Of a stretch of 64,000 nt of DNA, positions 32,124-41,904 are shown in pieces. The translations under genes and the position numbers were made by a program. The notes below the pieces were generated by a model. The model searched no databases and was not told the origin of the DNA. It worked only from the letters and a program-made list of their open reading frames with translations. The DNA lies in NCBI GenBank assembly GCA_963712745.1, contig CAVQJC010000002.1, positions 170,237 through 234,236 on the forward strand. The letters are read 5' to 3'. Numbering within the stretch: the first letter of the stretch is position 1; each line of letters starts with the position of its first letter. This DNA comes from an uncultured Chloroflexia bacterium (GTDB lineage: Bacteria; Chloroflexota; Limnocylindria; Limnocylindrales; CSP1-4).

Positions 32124-33118
32124 CTACTCGTAGAGGACCGCCTTGACCTCGCGGAGTCGATGGTTCGACGCATCGGCCCAGATGAAGCCGGTGTCGATCA
32201 TGGGCGGCACCTCCATGCCCTGGAGCGCCATGGCAGCCGCTTCGACGCACTTGGCGCCGATGCCGACCGGGTTCTGCTGGACCGCACCGGCCATGGTGCC
32301 GTCCTTGATGGCGTTGATCTGGAACTGAGGCCAGAGTCATAGCCGATGAGCGACGAAGTCGCCGACCATATCGAGTTCGGTGACCGCGTTGATGACGCCG
32401 ATCGCGGAGCCCTCGTTGGCACCGAAGAAGCCCTTGATGTCCGGGTTGGCCGTGATCATGCCCTTGCGATGTCGGTCGACTGCATCTGGTGCTCGCCCGG
32501 CGCCGTAGTCGGGGCCGACGATCTCGATGTCGGGATACATCTCGGCCATACGGTTGACGAAGCCGTCGCGGCGGTCGATGCCGGTGCGGCTGGTCGAGTC
32601 GTGGACGATGACACCGACCTTGCCGGCGCCACCGATGAGCCTCGGCCATCTTGTCGGCGGCCAGCGCGGCGGCAGCGATGTTGTCTGGTCGCGGCGGTGG
32701 TGATGGGAATGTCACCCTCGACGCCGGAGTCGAAGGCGATGACCGGGATGCCGTCGGCCTGGATCTTCTCGAGCAGCGGCAGCGCAGCCTGGCTGTCGAG
32801 CGCGGCGAAGCAGACCGCGTCCGGATTCTTCTGGTACTCGGCCTGCGAGCATGTCGATCTGGATCTGGACGTCGCGACTCGGTCGGCGGGCCGTGAAGTT
32901 GACGTCCATGTTCAGCTCAGCAGCCTTCTGCCTCGGCGCCAGGCCGTGACGGCCTGCCAGAACTGGTGCTGGAAGCCCTTGGAGACGATGGGCACGTAGA
33001 TGTCGGCGTCGTCGGCGAACGCATCCGGGCCGGCCATCTCGTCCTGGGCCACGGCCGGGGCTGCCATCACAGCCGCCAGCGCGATGGCTGAAGTCAGCGC
33101 GAGTGCACGTGTCTTCAT
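32124..33118 (-). CDS. Sugar ABC substrate-binding protein (RbsB-like), heavily frameshifted
   Basis: Signal peptide MKTRALALTSAIALAAVMAAPAVA; IVSKGFQHQFWQAV, NPDIKGFFGANEGSA, IGYDSG; AAGGAGG RBS. Confidence 0.85.
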
Positions 33119-33170
33119 GGTCCTCCTTCGTTGTCCTCTCAGCCCGAGGCACGGATCAGAACGGCCGTGC

Positions 33171-33202
33171 GCATAGGTTTGCGGGCTGTCCCATGCACTA
33201 TA
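33171..33202 (-). promoter_or_regulatory. -10 box with LacI-type operator(s)
   Basis: GCATAGGTTTGC (33171) and weaker GCTGTCCCATGC (33185); TATAGT on the minus strand at 33197-33202. Confidence 0.5.
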
Positions 33203-33339
33203 CCCGCGACGCGGACGCCCGCGCCGGACGGAGGGCACATTGGCAGGGTCCGTCCGGACCTGCAGTCAGGGCCATCCGGCGGTGTTCATGGGAACGTTCC
33301 CAGGGGTGTTGGCGCTGGTACCAGCGGGTGTGCCGGCGG

Positions 33340-35718
33340 TCAGCCAACTGGCAGCCAGAGCAGGCTCACCTCGTCGACGCTGATATCGGTCTTCTCCAGC
33401 CCTATCTCGATGGGCTCGATGGCCAACGCCTTCTCGTTCCACTCCTGGTCGATCTCGGCGATGGCTTCCCCCAGGTCCTGCTCGAGGTCCTCGAGCGCGA
33501 GGTTCTTCTCCTCGATGCGGTTGTCGATGGTGCGGATGCGCTGCGCGGACGACTGCCCGCGGGTGGCCGCCCGCCCCGCCGAGCGGGCGATGGTAGTCGT
33601 GCTGGTACGTCCGCCGAGGATGCTGCCGAGCACCGAGCTGCCGATGGAGATGAGATCCTGGTTGCGCTGGTTGCGCACGTCCGACTGCAGTTCGTCGATG
33701 CGGTCCTCGTACTTGGCGATGGCGACCCGCAGGTTGTCCATCCTGGCGGTGAGCCGTTCGCGGATCTTCGAGAGCTCCTCGTCCCTGGCCTCGTCGGCAG
33801 CGCCACGACAGCGCGCGGCGAAGGCAGCTTCCGACTCGCCGATGCGGGAGTAGAGCTTGAGCTCGCGGTTGGCCTGCAGCGTGATCGTGCGGGCGCGGTG
33901 CAGATTGTCCTTGAGGCCTGCGGTGACCGAGCGGAAGAACGCCTTGTCGGCGATGGGCGCATCGGTCAGCAGGTAGGTCGCCGCTTCGGGTGGGTCGCGA
34001 CGCAGGTCACGGCTGTCGTAGTCGACATCGATGGCCTCTCCCCAATCGACGTCCCTGCTCCCCAGGCGCACGAAGGCCTCCCATTCGACGGTCTCGCGCA
34101 GGGCGGCCTTGGTGTCGTCGAAGAGCATCTGCACGCGCGTCACCAGCGACGGCGTCAGGCGGGCGCCGCCCGGCACGGCGCCGACCTCGGCCGCCCAGGG
34201 AGCGGCGACATCGAGGTAGTACACGTCCACACCATCGGCGACCTCGGGCGCGACGTTCGTCTCGTCCTCGGCCAGCTCGGGCGTCGGCGGCTCGGGGGCG
34301 ACGGGCGCCCCAGCGGCATCGGCCACCGCTCCGGCCGCGGGTCCCGCCGCCCGGTCGCCGGTGAGTCGCTTGATCTGATCGCGCGTCAGGGGGCCGGCCA
34401 GGTAGGACATGGCCCAGCGCGTGGAGAACCGCTGCGGCGCGTCCGTGCGCGTGCTGTGGAAGAGGAACTGGCGCTTGTCCAGCGCGGAGATGGTCGCGTC
34501 GGTCGCAGCCTTGTCGACCTCCCCTGCGGCAGAGGTCATGCCCTCGAGCAGGCGTGCCTTGTCGCGCTCGGTCTGCAGCCGGCCGATCATCCAGGTGCCG
34601 GCATTGCTGAGCGCCTTGTAGTCGAGGTCGACCGGGTTCTGGGTGGACAGCACCATGCCCACGCCGTGCGCACGAGCCTGCTTGAGGATGGTGAGGATGG
34701 GCTTCTTGGCCGGCGGCACCGCGGTCGGAGGTACGTAGCCGAAGACCTCGTCCATGTAGATGAGCGCGCGCAGCTCGCCGGTGCCCGACTGCCGGCGGGT
34801 CCAGGTGACCATCTTCGAGAGGACCATGGTGACCACGAACATGCGCTCGGCCTCGGAGAGGTGCGAGACCGAGATGATCGCCGCCTGGGGCAGACCGTCG
34901 GCCTTGAGCATGGCCTCGATGTCGAGCGGACGACCCTGGTTCCAGGAGGCGAACGAGGGCGAGGCCAGCAGGCCGTTGAGCTTCAGGGCCAGTGCTGCAC
35001 GATCCCCGGGCGGGTAGAAGGTATCGAGGTCGAGCACACCCAGCTTGCGCATGGGCGGGTCCTGGATCTGGCCGATGAGCGTGGCCAGGTCCAGGTCCTG
35101 ACCACCCGACCAGCTGCGTTCGACGAGGTTGGCGATGAGGATGTGCTCGGGGCTCGCCAGCGGATCGGCCTCGACGCCGACCAGCCCGAGCAGGCCGGAA
35201 GTGAAGCCCTCGACCTCGTCGCGCAGGGTCTCCAGGTCGTCGGCCGAGCCTGGAGCCTTGAGCGAGCCGATGAGGTCGAGCGGTACGCCCGCGGTGGAGC
35301 CGGGCGTGTAGATGGTGAAGCCGGCCGCCTGGCGGAGGCGTGCGATACGGTCGGGCGTGATGCCGCTGCGGGCGAGACCGTCGCGCCAGGTCTGGGCGGT
35401 CTTCTCTGCGAGCTCGTCGGGCGTGATGCCCTCACGAGCCGCAGCGGCCTCCTCGATCCAGGGCCGGAAATCGGACGGACGCAGCTGGGGGAAGGTCAGC
35501 AGCAGGTTGCCCATGTCGCCCTTGGGGTCGATGACCAGGCAAGGGATGCCCTGAAGCAGCGCGTCCTCGAGCAGGTCGATGCCCAGGCCCGTCTTGCCCG
35601 AGCCGGTCATGCCCACGATGACGCCGTGGGTGGTCAGGTCGGCGGGATCCACCGTCAGTGGCCCCTCCGCATCGACACGCTGGCCGATGTACAGCTCGTT
35701 CGGGTCGATGCCGGTCAT
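33340..35718 (-). CDS. HerA/FtsK-superfamily ATPase (DUF87/DUF853-like) with C-terminal coiled coil
   Basis: THGVIVGMTGSGKT, IDPKGD, IYTPGS, IYMDEVFG, STQNPVDLDYK; 792 aa, intact. Confidence 0.85.
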   Translation of the reverse strand: MTGIDPNELYIGQRVDAEGPLTVDPADLTTHGVIVGMTGSGKTGLGIDLLEDALLQGIPCLVIDPKGDMGNLLLTFPQLRPSDFRPWIEEAAAAREGITPDELAEKTAQTWRDGLARSGITPDRIARLRQAAGFTIYTPGSTAGVPLDLIGSLKAPGSADDLETLRDEVEGFTSGLLGLVGVEADPLASPEHILIANLVERSWSGGQDLDLATLIGQIQDPPMRKLGVLDLDTFYPPGDRAALALKLNGLLASPSFASWNQGRPLDIEAMLKADGLPQAAIISVSHLSEAERMFVVTMVLSKMVTWTRRQSGTGELRALIYMDEVFGYVPPTAVPPAKKPILTILKQARAHGVGMVLSTQNPVDLDYKALSNAGTWMIGRLQTERDKARLLEGMTSAAGEVDKAATDATISALDKRQFLFHSTRTDAPQRFSTRWAMSYLAGPLTRDQIKRLTGDRAAGPAAGAVADAAGAPVAPEPPTPELAEDETNVAPEVADGVDVYYLDVAAPWAAEVGAVPGGARLTPSLVTRVQMLFDDTKAALRETVEWEAFVRLGSRDVDWGEAIDVDYDSRDLRRDPPEAATYLLTDAPIADKAFFRSVTAGLKDNLHRARTITLQANRELKLYSRIGESEAAFAARCRGAADEARDEELSKIRERLTARMDNLRVAIAKYEDRIDELQSDVRNQRNQDLISIGSSVLGSILGGRTSTTTIARSAGRAATRGQSSAQRIRTIDNRIEEKNLALEDLEQDLGEAIAEIDQEWNEKALAIEPIEIGLEKTDISVDEVSLLWLPVG

Positions 35719-35812
35719 GGGTGCCTCACCTCGGTCGCCGGCACGCGGGCACGTGCCGTGCGCTCAACGTAGCCAATTCGTGCGCGCAAGACGAGTGACG
35801 GGCGAGGCCGCG

Positions 35813-37792
35813 TCAGCCCTGGCTGGTGTTGCGCTCCGCCTCAGGAGTGGTGGCCTCGTCCTCCTCGCGGCGTCCGACCGCGATGATGGCCGGGATGCGG
35901 GCCGGGCCACCCTCGCCATCGAGGAGCGCGCCCGGGGTCGAGGCGATGACGCCGATCGAGACGCGGAAGCCCGCACGTCGTTGGAGACGCGGCATCAGGG
36001 TCCCCTGCCCCACCGGGGCTTCGTTGGGGAACCACTTCAGCCACTCCTCGTAGAAGACGTCGAAGTCCGCACCCTCGCGCAGCGACCAGTTGGCCCAGAC
36101 GACCTCGTCGAGCGAGCTGCCGTGCTCCTCCAGCGTGGTCTTGAGGTTGGCCATGCACTGGCGGGTCTGGTCCTTGAGCTCGCCACTGACGGTCATGCCG
36201 GTCTCGGGGTCGACCGGGCCGATGGACGAGACGTAGACCATGCCGCCGGCGCGTACGGCCCGGCCGCGGCCGACTTCGGCGGCCGGCCGGGTCAGCGATT
36301 CGCCCATGCCGCCGATTCCCCAACGGGACTTGCCCGCGTGGGTCGGCTGAGCGGGGTCCTCGGGCGGGATGCCGTACTCGCCCTCCGGCAGGTGGAGGCC
36401 GCGGATCTGGAAGGTGGGCATGAAGGTCGGCCGCAGGCCGGTGGGCTTGAGATACCCCTGGATCTTGCCGTCGACCACGCCGGTCTGCTCGAACTTGAAG
36501 ATCTCCTGGGTCAGGATGTCGTCATCCTCGACGCCGTAGACCTCGGTGATGCTGATGATCTTGCGAGAGCCGTCGCGCAGCCGGGCGGTGTGCACGATGA
36601 CATCGACCGCCGAGGCGATCTGCTCGCGGATGGCCCGCATCGGCAGCTCGTAGCCGGTCATGAGGATCATCGTCTCGAGGCGGCGAAGCATGTCCCGTGG
36701 CGTGTTGGCGTGGCCGGTGGAGAGCGAGCCTTCCTGTCCCGTGGTCATGGCCTGGATCATGTCCAGCGCCTCACCGGCACGACACTCGCCCACCACGATG
36801 CGGTCGGGACGCATGTGCAGGGCATTGCGCAGCAGGTCGCGGATGGTGATCTCACCCTCGCCTTCGAGGTTGGCCGGGCGGGCTTCCAGCGTGACCACGT
36901 GTGTCTGACCCAGCAAGAGCTCTGCGGCGTCCTCGATGGTGATGATGCGTTCTTCCTCGGGGATGAACGACGAGAGCACGTTGAGCGTCGTGGTCTTGCC
37001 CGAGCCCGTTCCGCCACTGAGGAACACGTTCAGCCGAGCCTCGACGCAGGCCTTGAGGAATTCGAACATCTCCGGGGTGGCGGTGCCGAACTCGGTCAGG
37101 TCCTCCACGGTGAAGCGCGTGGCGAACTTGCGCACGGTGATGACGGGACCGACCAGCGAGAGCGGCTTGATGATGCAGTTGACACGGGAACCGTCCGGCA
37201 GGCGTGCATCGACGCGCGGGTTGGACTCGTCGATGTGACGGCCAAGGGGCGTGATGATGCGGTCGATGACGTTGAGCACATGTTCGTCGTTACGGAAGCT
37301 GACGGACGACTTCTCGAGGCGGCCGGCACGCTCGATGTAGACCTGGTAGGGACCGTTGACCATGACCTCGGTGATGGTCGGGTCGGAGAGCAGCGGTTCG
37401 ATGGGTCCGAAACCGGCGACCTCGTCCACGACGCCCTGGACCAGTCGGCTGCGCTCGTCGCGGGTGAGGCTGAGGTCGTTGTCGGCGATGAACTCGGCAA
37501 CGAAGTCATCGATCTCGCCGGACAGCCTCTGACGCACGCCGGCGGGGTTGGACAGGTCGATGCGCGACGACAGGGCGTTGGCCACGGCCTGCTCGACGCG
37601 GGTGCGGATCTGCCGGAAGCTCTCCTCGCGCTTGGAGAAGGTCGGGGACGCGACGGGTGCGGGGGCCGGATCGACCCGCGGCGCAGCAGGCACGACCGCG
37701 CTCGACGCTGGGACTCCGGGTGTGACCGGAGCACCGGGCGCGGGCGGCGCTTCTCCACGCTTCGCAGCTTCGACTCGTTCGAGCAGTGACAT
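35813..37792 (-). CDS. CpaF/TadA secretion ATPase fused to a C-terminal RidA/YjgF-like domain
   Basis: [56 protein letters not shown]; then [21 protein letters not shown]...[24 protein letters not shown]. Confidence 0.88.
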   Translation of the reverse strand: MSLLERVEAAKRGEAPPAPGAPVTPGVPASSAVVPAAPRVDPAPAPVASPTFSKREESFRQIRTRVEQAVANALSSRIDLSNPAGVRQRLSGEIDDFVAEFIADNDLSLTRDERSRLVQGVVDEVAGFGPIEPLLSDPTITEVMVNGPYQVYIERAGRLEKSSVSFRNDEHVLNVIDRIITPLGRHIDESNPRVDARLPDGSRVNCIIKPLSLVGPVITVRKFATRFTVEDLTEFGTATPEMFEFLKACVEARLNVFLSGGTGSGKTTTLNVLSSFIPEEERIITIEDAAELLLGQTHVVTLEARPANLEGEGEITIRDLLRNALHMRPDRIVVGECRAGEALDMIQAMTTGQEGSLSTGHANTPRDMLRRLETMILMTGYELPMRAIREQIASAVDVIVHTARLRDGSRKIISITEVYGVEDDDILTQEIFKFEQTGVVDGKIQGYLKPTGLRPTFMPTFQIRGLHLPEGEYGIPPEDPAQPTHAGKSRWGIGGMGESLTRPAAEVGRGRAVRAGGMVYVSSIGPVDPETGMTVSGELKDQTRQCMANLKTTLEEHGSSLDEVVWANWSLREGADFDVFYEEWLKWFPNEAPVGQGTLMPRLQRRAGFRVSIGVIASTPGALLDGEGGPARIPAIIAVGRREEDEATTPEAERNTSQG

Positions 37793-38017
37793 CAGCACTT
37801 CCAATCGGGTCCCGTCCGCGGGACGATTGGATGGCAGCATACCCCGGCCCCGGTAGTCCAGACCCCTGAAGGACCACTCCGAACCGGACCTTTCGCTGGT
37901 CCACGTCGCGGAGCCGCAACGAAACGGACCACCGGACGGTTGACGGCCGGGACTGTCGGGCCCACCGGCATACGCGTGGTGTGGCGTGCGCGTGGAGCGG
38001 CGTGCGCGGAGCAAGGC

Positions 38018-38045
38018 GGAGCGCCGGGCTGAGGCCCGGCGCTCC
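38018..38045. terminator. Perfect 12-bp hairpin downstream of the RTX gene
   Basis: GGAGCGCCGGGC-tgag-GCCCGGCGCTCC; second hairpin at about 38064-38082. Confidence 0.6.
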
Positions 38046-38110
38046 CGGCCTTGAGAGGGGTGTCGGGCCTCGGCGAGGCCCGTGATGAGGTTTGTCGGTC
38101 GGGCTGACGG

Positions 38111-38806
38111 CTACGGGTTCTTGTGCTCGCAGTCGCGTGCGACGCGGTCCCTGCCATCGGCAAACACCGTGTCATCGCCGGGACCGCAGATGATGACGTC
38201 GCGCTGGCCATCGTCGGCGTAGATGACGTCGTCACCTCGCCCTGCCCGAACCTTGTCGCGGCCTGGGCCCAGGTCGATCTTGTCGTCGCCCGCGCCTCCT
38301 CGCACACGATCATCGCCGTTCCCGGCGCGCACGCCGTCAGCGCCAGAGCCCAGGCGGATGGAGTCACCCCTGTCACCGCCGTAGACGATGTCGTCGCCGG
38401 AACCAGCCCAGATGACGTCGCGGCCATCCTCACCGGCAAGCTTGTCGTTGCCGGCGCCGCCGCGGATGAGATCTCCCTGGTCGCCGCCCCAGACTTCGTC
38501 ATCGCCGGCGCCGGCGATGACCTTGTCGCGCCCGGCGCCCGCGTAGATATCGTCATCGCCGGTGCCGCCGCGAACGAGGTCGCTCCTGTCGTCGGCGTAG
38601 ATCTCGTCGTTGCCGCCGAGGCCGATGAGCTTGTCACGATCCCCGGGTTCAGCCTTGTAGTAGTCGTCTCCCGCGGTGTCGATCCAGACGTTGTCGAACC
38701 CGTGCGGCCAGAAGTGCGGACCATGGGCGGCCGCGACAGACGAGAACACGAGCAACAGCGCGGCACTCGTGGCGGCCGTCACGCCGAGGTTTCGAAGCTG
38801 GGGCAT
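38111..38806 (-). CDS. Secreted calcium-binding RTX (GGxGxD) repeat protein
   Basis: Sec-type signal peptide, many GGxGxDxL nonapeptides, C-terminal ICGPGDD...ARDCE; AGGAGG RBS. Confidence 0.88.
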   Translation of the reverse strand: MPQLRNLGVTAATSAALLLVFSSVAAAHGPHFWPHGFDNVWIDTAGDDYYKAEPGDRDKLIGLGGNDEIYADDRSDLVRGGTGDDDIYAGAGRDKVIAGAGDDEVWGGDQGDLIRGGAGNDKLAGEDGRDVIWAGSGDDIVYGGDRGDSIRLGSGADGVRAGNGDDRVRGGAGDDKIDLGPGRDKVRAGRGDDVIYADDGQRDVIICGPGDDTVFADGRDRVARDCEHKNP

Positions 38807-38891
38807 ATCGCGAGTCCTCCTGCGTTTCCGAGCGGCCGGCTCGAGCACGGCGCCGATCCTCCTGTCCGCTCGCGTGGAACGTTCCCGAGAG

Positions 38892-38931
38892 TATACGACA
38901 AGTTGTCGTATATCTACGACGCGTTGTCGTA
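38892..38931. promoter_or_regulatory. Twin BlaI-type operators TACGAC-N5-GTCGTA
   Basis: TATACGACAAGTTGTCGTATA (38892-38912, perfect arms) and TACGACGCGTTGTCGTA (38915-38931). Confidence 0.85.
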
Positions 38932-38977
38932 CCATGGCTTGATGCGCGCTATAGTGGGTGAAGCAGTGGGAGGCACC

Positions 38978-39370
38978 GTGCCGACACGACAACCCCTCGC
39001 CAACGCCGAGCTCGCGATCATGGAGCTGCTCTGGGACGAGGACCGCCTGACGGCGCGTCAGATGCGCGAGCGCCTCTATCCCGGGGCCGAGAAAGCCCAG
39101 CACGGGACCGTCCAGCGGCTGCTGCAGCGCCTCGAAGAGAAGGGCTACGTGGCTCGCGACCGCGATCTGCCGGTGCACCTCTTCAGCGCAGAGATCAGCC
39201 GCGAGGCCTACGGCAGCGGCCAGCTCGAGTCGATCGCCGAGCGCCTCACCGCGGGGTCGTTGGCACCCCTGGTCACACACCTCGTGGAGCAGCACCGCAT
39301 CCCGCCCGACGAGATCGAACGGCTTCGCCGCATCCTCGACGCGTCCTCCGAAGCCACCGGGGACGAGTGA
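38978..39370 (+). CDS. BlaI/MecI/CopY family repressor
   Basis: LANAELAIMELLW...TVQRLLQRLEEKGYV...GSLAPLVTHLV; GGAGG RBS. Confidence 0.9.
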   Translation: MPTRQPLANAELAIMELLWDEDRLTARQMRERLYPGAEKAQHGTVQRLLQRLEEKGYVARDRDLPVHLFSAEISREAYGSGQLESIAERLTAGSLAPLVTHLVEQHRIPPDEIERLRRILDASSEATGDE

Positions 39371-40692
39371 GCGGGGTCATCGTCCAGCTCGCGCTGGGCA
39401 ACGTGGCGGCCTCGGCTGCGCTGGCCGGTGTCGCCTGGCTCGTCCACCGCAGCGGCCGGTACCCCAGCCTGGCCCACCTCCTGTGGGTCCTCTCGCTGGT
39501 CAAGCTGATCACTCCGCCGTTGCTGTTGCTGCCGCTCATACAGGCAGAGTCCGCGCCGTCGGGGGCCACGAGCTCCACCCCGGCCACGACCTGGCTGGCC
39601 CACGAGGGCGTGGCCCTGCTGCTGGCCGTCTGGGCGCTGGGGAGCGTCGTGGTGCTGGCGCTGTCGATGTTCCGCATCGTGCGCTTCGACAGCCTGCTGC
39701 GGTCGTCGACCGCGCCGGCATCAGCTGGCATCCAGGCCACGGCCCAGGAGGCGGCCGGCCGGCTGGGCCTGCGCAAAGTACCGACCGTGTACCTGGCCAG
39801 TGACCGGATCGCGCCCATGACCTGGTGGGCCGGGGGGCGTGTGTGGGTCGTGCTGCCGGGTGACCTGCCTCAGGCGATCACACCGCCCGAGCTGCGCTGG
39901 GTCATCGCTCACGAGCTGGCCCACGTGAAGCGGCGGGACCATCTGGTGCGCTGGATCGAGTGGCTCACCTGCGTCACGTTCTGGTGGAACCCCGTGTCCT
40001 GGTGGGCGCGCCGCAATCTCCGCCACGACGAGGAGGCGAGCTGCGATGCGCTGGTGCTCGAACGCCTGGGCGCACAGCCCCGCGCGTACGCGGGAGCGTT
40101 GCTGGCGGTGGTGGAGATGCTGGCCGGACCGACGTCACGTCCGCCGGCGGTGGCGACGGGCATCGACGGCGGTTCACTCGAGCGCCGCTTCAGCCGCATC
40201 CTGGCCACGGACCGGGTGGCACGCGCACCCCGGATCCTGGCCCTCGGGGCACTCTCGATGGCGGCGGTCATCATGTCGCTCGGGATCGGCGGGGCCACCG
40301 GCACTCCTGAACCCTCGGGGTCAACGGGGTCGGCTGGTGTCATCGGGTCCACGCCGGGCGTCGCGGTCACCTCGGATGCGGGCGCCGACGAGTACCGGCC
40401 CGTGGCCTACGTGGCCGAACGGTCGGGTGCGGCTGGGAATCGAGCCGAGCGCGAACTGAAGGCCGCACGCCGGGCACTGGCCAAGGCCGACCGCGCGGTC
40501 GCGAACGTCGACGTGGCGCCGGCAAAGGCCGCGCGAAAGGTGAAGGAGGCCAGGGCCGCCGTGCACCAGGCGACGCGCGCCGTGGAACGGCTCGATCCCT
40601 CAGCGAGGGGTATGGAGCAGGCCCTGCGCTCCATCAAGCGCGACCTGCGTGAGGTCGTACGCGCGCTGAAGGCCGCGGGAACCCCGCGCTAG
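39367..40692 (+). CDS. M56 metallopeptidase (BlaR1-like) without penicillin-binding sensor domain
   Basis: TM segments, IAHELAHVKRRDH, WWNP, EASCD; C-terminus is a Ser/Gly linker plus Ala/Arg helical region. GTGA overlap with blaI. Confidence 0.9.
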   Translation: MSGVIVQLALGNVAASAALAGVAWLVHRSGRYPSLAHLLWVLSLVKLITPPLLLLPLIQAESAPSGATSSTPATTWLAHEGVALLLAVWALGSVVVLALSMFRIVRFDSLLRSSTAPASAGIQATAQEAAGRLGLRKVPTVYLASDRIAPMTWWAGGRVWVVLPGDLPQAITPPELRWVIAHELAHVKRRDHLVRWIEWLTCVTFWWNPVSWWARRNLRHDEEASCDALVLERLGAQPRAYAGALLAVVEMLAGPTSRPPAVATGIDGGSLERRFSRILATDRVARAPRILALGALSMAAVIMSLGIGGATGTPEPSGSTGSAGVIGSTPGVAVTSDAGADEYRPVAYVAERSGAAGNRAERELKAARRALAKADRAVANVDVAPAKAARKVKEARAAVHQATRAVERLDPSARGMEQALRSIKRDLREVVRALKAAGTPR

Positions 40693-41522
40693 GGTCCTTC
40701 TCCCTCGGCCTCCTTGGCGGTCTCGGCCTCCTTGGCGGTGGCTCCTGTACCGGGCCGAATGCCCGCGAAGCGATGGAGGCGCTCGGTCGTGTCAGGCCCA
40801 CTCAACGGATGGCCGTGGCCGCCGGCCACGACTCCGGGTTCGAGGTCCGCAAGCGTCTTGATGGATGCCCGAGCGGCCACGCGGTCGGCGGTCGTGTACC
40901 AGGGCGGGCCCGACAGGCCCTGGCGGCCACAGAACGCGCCGGCGAGCGTGTTGACCTGGAGGGTGACGAGGGCGTCACCGGTGATGAGCACGCGGTCGGT
41001 CGGTCGGAAGTAGGAGACGTGACCCGGGGTGTGGCCCGGCGTGGGCACCCAGCACCAATCAGGCAGGTGTGGGACCTCGCCGCTGGGCCCCAGCACGTCG
41101 ACCACCGCAGCGAGGCTGTTCCGTGCGAGCATCGCGTCGCGGCGGCGCCGGCCGAGAGCGCTGATGGCCGGCAGGATCAGGTAGCGGTCCATGGGTCCGG
41201 CGTTCCGCCACATGGCACCGAAGCTGCCCCTGGCGATGGCCAGCTCGGCGGGATGGACAAGGACCCGGCATCCCCAGCGCTCGGCGAGCGCGCGAGCTGC
41301 CCCCGAGTGGTCGGGGTGGTGGTGCGTCAGGAGGATGGCTGCGGGCCTGGCGTCGCGGCCGAAGAGCGACTCAGCGGCCTGCTCGATCCGGGCCAGGTCG
41401 CTCGCCCAACCGGCGTCGACGAGGAGCCACGAAATGCCGCTGGCCACGAAGTAGACGTTGGTTTGGCTGCGGCCGTGCGGCCCAAGGCAGTAGACGCCGT
41501 GCGCGATCTCCGTGGCCTGCAT
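40689..41522 (-). CDS. MBL-fold metallo-hydrolase (cytoplasmic)
   Basis: LVDAG, THHHPDHSG, TPGHTPGH, TGDAL, GHG. Confidence 0.88.
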   Translation of the reverse strand: MQATEIAHGVYCLGPHGRSQTNVYFVASGISWLLVDAGWASDLARIEQAAESLFGRDARPAAILLTHHHPDHSGAARALAERWGCRVLVHPAELAIARGSFGAMWRNAGPMDRYLILPAISALGRRRRDAMLARNSLAAVVDVLGPSGEVPHLPDWCWVPTPGHTPGHVSYFRPTDRVLITGDALVTLQVNTLAGAFCGRQGLSGPPWYTTADRVAARASIKTLADLEPGVVAGGHGHPLSGPDTTERLHRFAGIRPGTGATAKEAETAKEAEGEGP

Positions 41523-41596
41523 GGTCCCCTCCCCCGACGATCTGCCCTCGAGCCGAGACCCGCTGCGACCCGATGGTACGGCGCCACTGCGGCTGG

Positions 41597-41893
41597 CTAG
41601 CGACTGCTGCCGTTGCGATAGGGCCGGATCACCAGCTCGGCATTGCCGTCGAGATCCTGGAAATCCACGGTCGCGTCGCCGATGTCGCGGTGGACGGTGG
41701 CCTCCACGTACGTGCGCATCTTGCTGGATCCTCCGAGGACGTCGTCGGGCTCGGGCGTGGCGACGAAGTCGAAGGTGATGGCGGGCCGGCCTTCTACCAG
41801 CGCATAGAAGCGGATGCCCCAGTTATCGGGGGCCCCGAGATCGCTGCGTGCGGCCATCATGGCCGTGGCCGCGGTAGGAGTGAGCGAGAACAC
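41597..41893 (-). CDS. HesB/IscA-like fold protein lacking cysteines
   Basis: SLTPTAA...IRFY...FDFVATPEPDDV...TYVE...IGDATVDF; directly downstream of the zinc-ribbon gene. Confidence 0.5.
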   Translation of the reverse strand: MFSLTPTAATAMMAARSDLGAPDNWGIRFYALVEGRPAITFDFVATPEPDDVLGGSSKMRTYVEATVHRDIGDATVDFQDLDGNAELVIRPYRNGSSR

Positions 41894-41904
41894 GATGGCC
41901 GCCC

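Noticed and set aside
33340-35718. Known HerA defence system (Sir2-HerA, NurA-HerA)
   Set aside because: No adjacent sirtuin or nuclease partner.
33103-37789. Long plus-strand ORFs (889 aa and 736 aa) and similar ones such as 8834-10093 and 3477-4805
   Set aside because: Antisense shadows of well-supported minus-strand genes, expected at high GC3.
38111-39370. Extended BlaI (415 aa) or extended RTX (394 aa) fusion ORFs
   Set aside because: Extensions cross the operator region and the opposite gene; internal RBS-supported starts exist.
40689-41522. Metallo-beta-lactamase resistance gene controlled by BlaIR
   Set aside because: No signal peptide, convergent orientation, no operator upstream; generic MBL-fold hydrolase.
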